From: an uncultured Candidatus Saccharibacteria bacterium
GTDB taxonomy: Bacteria > Patescibacteriota > Saccharimonadia > Saccharimonadales > Saccharimonadaceae
Reading direction: 5' to 3'
Assembly: GCA_946408595.1 (NCBI GenBank)
Contig: CAMJSX010000002.1
Coordinates: forward strand, 31,578-95,577
DNA length: 64,000 bases
The notes under the pieces are model-generated. The model saw only the letters and a program-made list of their open reading frames with translations. It did no database searches and was not told where the DNA came from. The translations under genes were made by a program, and so were the position numbers. Shown one piece after another: positions 62,592-64,000 of the stretch; the stretch's first letter is position 1, and each line of letters starts with the position of its first letter.

Positions 62592-62742
62592 AATCCACCT
62601 CCTAGAAATGTTAATGTGCAAAAAATGTGCCACTTATTGGCATCTGTCAAGTATTATATAATTATTATCTTTAAAAGTCAATAATACAGCTGCAAAAATA
62701 GCCAAAAAACACAAAAAATACTTTCTATGATATAATAAATAT

Positions 62743-64000
62743 ATGACCAAAATCGCTAGGTTAAAGAAGCGTTTTTATTTCGTGGCAGCGAATTATTTTC
62801 GACATTTTGCCAACCGTGCCTTTAAGAGGTGGCACCCCAGAGTAATTGCGGTGACTGGTTCGGCCGGCAAGACTACCGTAATGACCATGCTCGAGCACGA
62901 AATGGGCAAAAAAGCTCACTATTCACACAACGCCAACTCAGCTTTTGGTATTCCTTTTGATATGTTGGGCCTACGTGGCATCAGGGGTACGAAGCTCAAA
63001 TGGGTTTGGCTGTTTATTGCAGCACCATTTAAGGGTTTATTCTACCGTCATAAAGAGAATTTTTACGTAGTAGAAATCGACGGCGAACGCCCACACGAAG
63101 CTGAATTTTTGGCTGAATGGCTAAAACCAGAGGTAACTATCTGGGTGTCAATTGGCTTGTCCCATGCAGTCCAATTTGAAAAAGTCGTCGAAAATGGCGA
63201 ATTTGACACCTTAAGCGATGCCATCACCGCCGAATTCGCCAATTTGCCAGCCAATACCAGTAAAAGAGTCTATATCGATGCCGATTCCAAGTTAATGGTG
63301 GAGGCCACCAGCAAAATCAAGGCTAAAGTAATCCCTATCAAAAAATCCCTCATGCGCAAATATGTGGTCTACCCAGATTCTACGGACTTTACTTACGGTG
63401 ATACAACCTTCCACTTTAATCACCCGGAACCCAAAGATATCTCCTTCGGTCTATTTGTGATTCAAGACTTAATGAAATACTTGAAACTGCCATTTAACCC
63501 AGATTTTTCCAATATTAAAATGGCACCAGGCCGCAGCTCTTATTTCAAGGGTAAAAAGGGAATTGATATCGTAGACAGTAGCTACAACGCCCACATGATT
63601 TCAGTGGCCTCAATTCTAGACATGGCCAAACGTATGCACGCCGAACGCAAATGGTTAATTATCGGCGACATTGTCGATCAAGGTTCACTCGAGAGCGAAG
63701 AGCACAAAAAGCTCGCCAAACTCATTGCTGATGTCAAACCAAATCGCGTAGTTTTAGTGGGACACCGTACCAAAGAATACACCGCACCAGAGCTCAAAAA
63801 ACTCGGTGTCTCTGCGGTAGCCACCACCGACCCACGAAAAGCCTTGGCCTATATCGAGAAAAACATCACTGGCAAAGAAACTCTGATTTTCAAAGGTAGC
63901 CAATACCTCGAATGGGTTATCGAAAAACTACTGGCCAATCCAAAAGACGCTAAAAAGCTTTGTCGTCGCGAAAAAGCCGCTGTAGCAAGGCGTAAAAGCT
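62743..64000 (+). CDS. Mur ligase (MurF-like), 3' truncated by window edge; absent from ORF track
   Basis: VIAVTGSAGKTT P-loop, YVVEID, DSSYNAH, LIIGD, LIFKGSQ; TGATATAAT 6 nt before ATG. Confidence 0.85.
   Translation, partial: MTKIARLKKRFYFVAANYFRHFANRAFKRWHPRVIAVTGSAGKTTVMTMLEHEMGKKAHYSHNANSAFGIPFDMLGLRGIRGTKLKWVWLFIAAPFKGLFYRHKENFYVVEIDGERPHEAEFLAEWLKPEVTIWVSIGLSHAVQFEKVVENGEFDTLSDAITAEFANLPANTSKRVYIDADSKLMVEATSKIKAKVIPIKKSLMRKYVVYPDSTDFTYGDTTFHFNHPEPKDISFGLFVIQDLMKYLKLPFNPDFSNIKMAPGRSSYFKGKKGIDIVDSSYNAHMISVASILDMAKRMHAERKWLIIGDIVDQGSLESEEHKKLAKLIADVKPNRVVLVGHRTKEYTAPELKKLGVSAVATTDPRKALAYIEKNITGKETLIFKGSQYLEWVIEKLLANPKDAKKLCRREKAAVARRKS

Overview
64 kb of a low-GC bacterial chromosome using genetic code 11, most likely Candidatus Saccharibacteria/TM7 (inferred from gene content and style; no rRNA in the window). 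Core genes: tig, rpsL-rpsG, gap-rpiB-rpe-pfkB-LOG, eno, uvrC, secG, rpsB-tsf-frr-uppS-rseP, proS-greA-lysS, uvrB, a two-part phosphoketolase, a class A PBP, two FemABX ligases, murJ, gatCAB, fusA, tuf, rpsJ and a Mur ligase. Accessory content: (i) a 5.8-kb serine-recombinase island in tRNA-Leu(GAG) with a DpnII-like GATC restriction-modification operon and apparently a single GATC, placed in that operon's promoter; (ii) several large surface proteins, including a candidate thioester/isopeptide/ester (TIE) adhesin and a Fib_succ_major protein whose 3' end resembles a DGR variable region (no RT or template in the window); (iii) a ~620-nt hairpin-dense transcription unit with a perfect sigma70 promoter and its own terminator between gatB and fusA, the best candidate for an undescribed large ncRNA; (iv) a family of ~170-bp hairpin elements and a 126-bp in-frame palindrome inside uvrC. 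Many housekeeping genes look leaderless. All calls are by eye; no searches were run.
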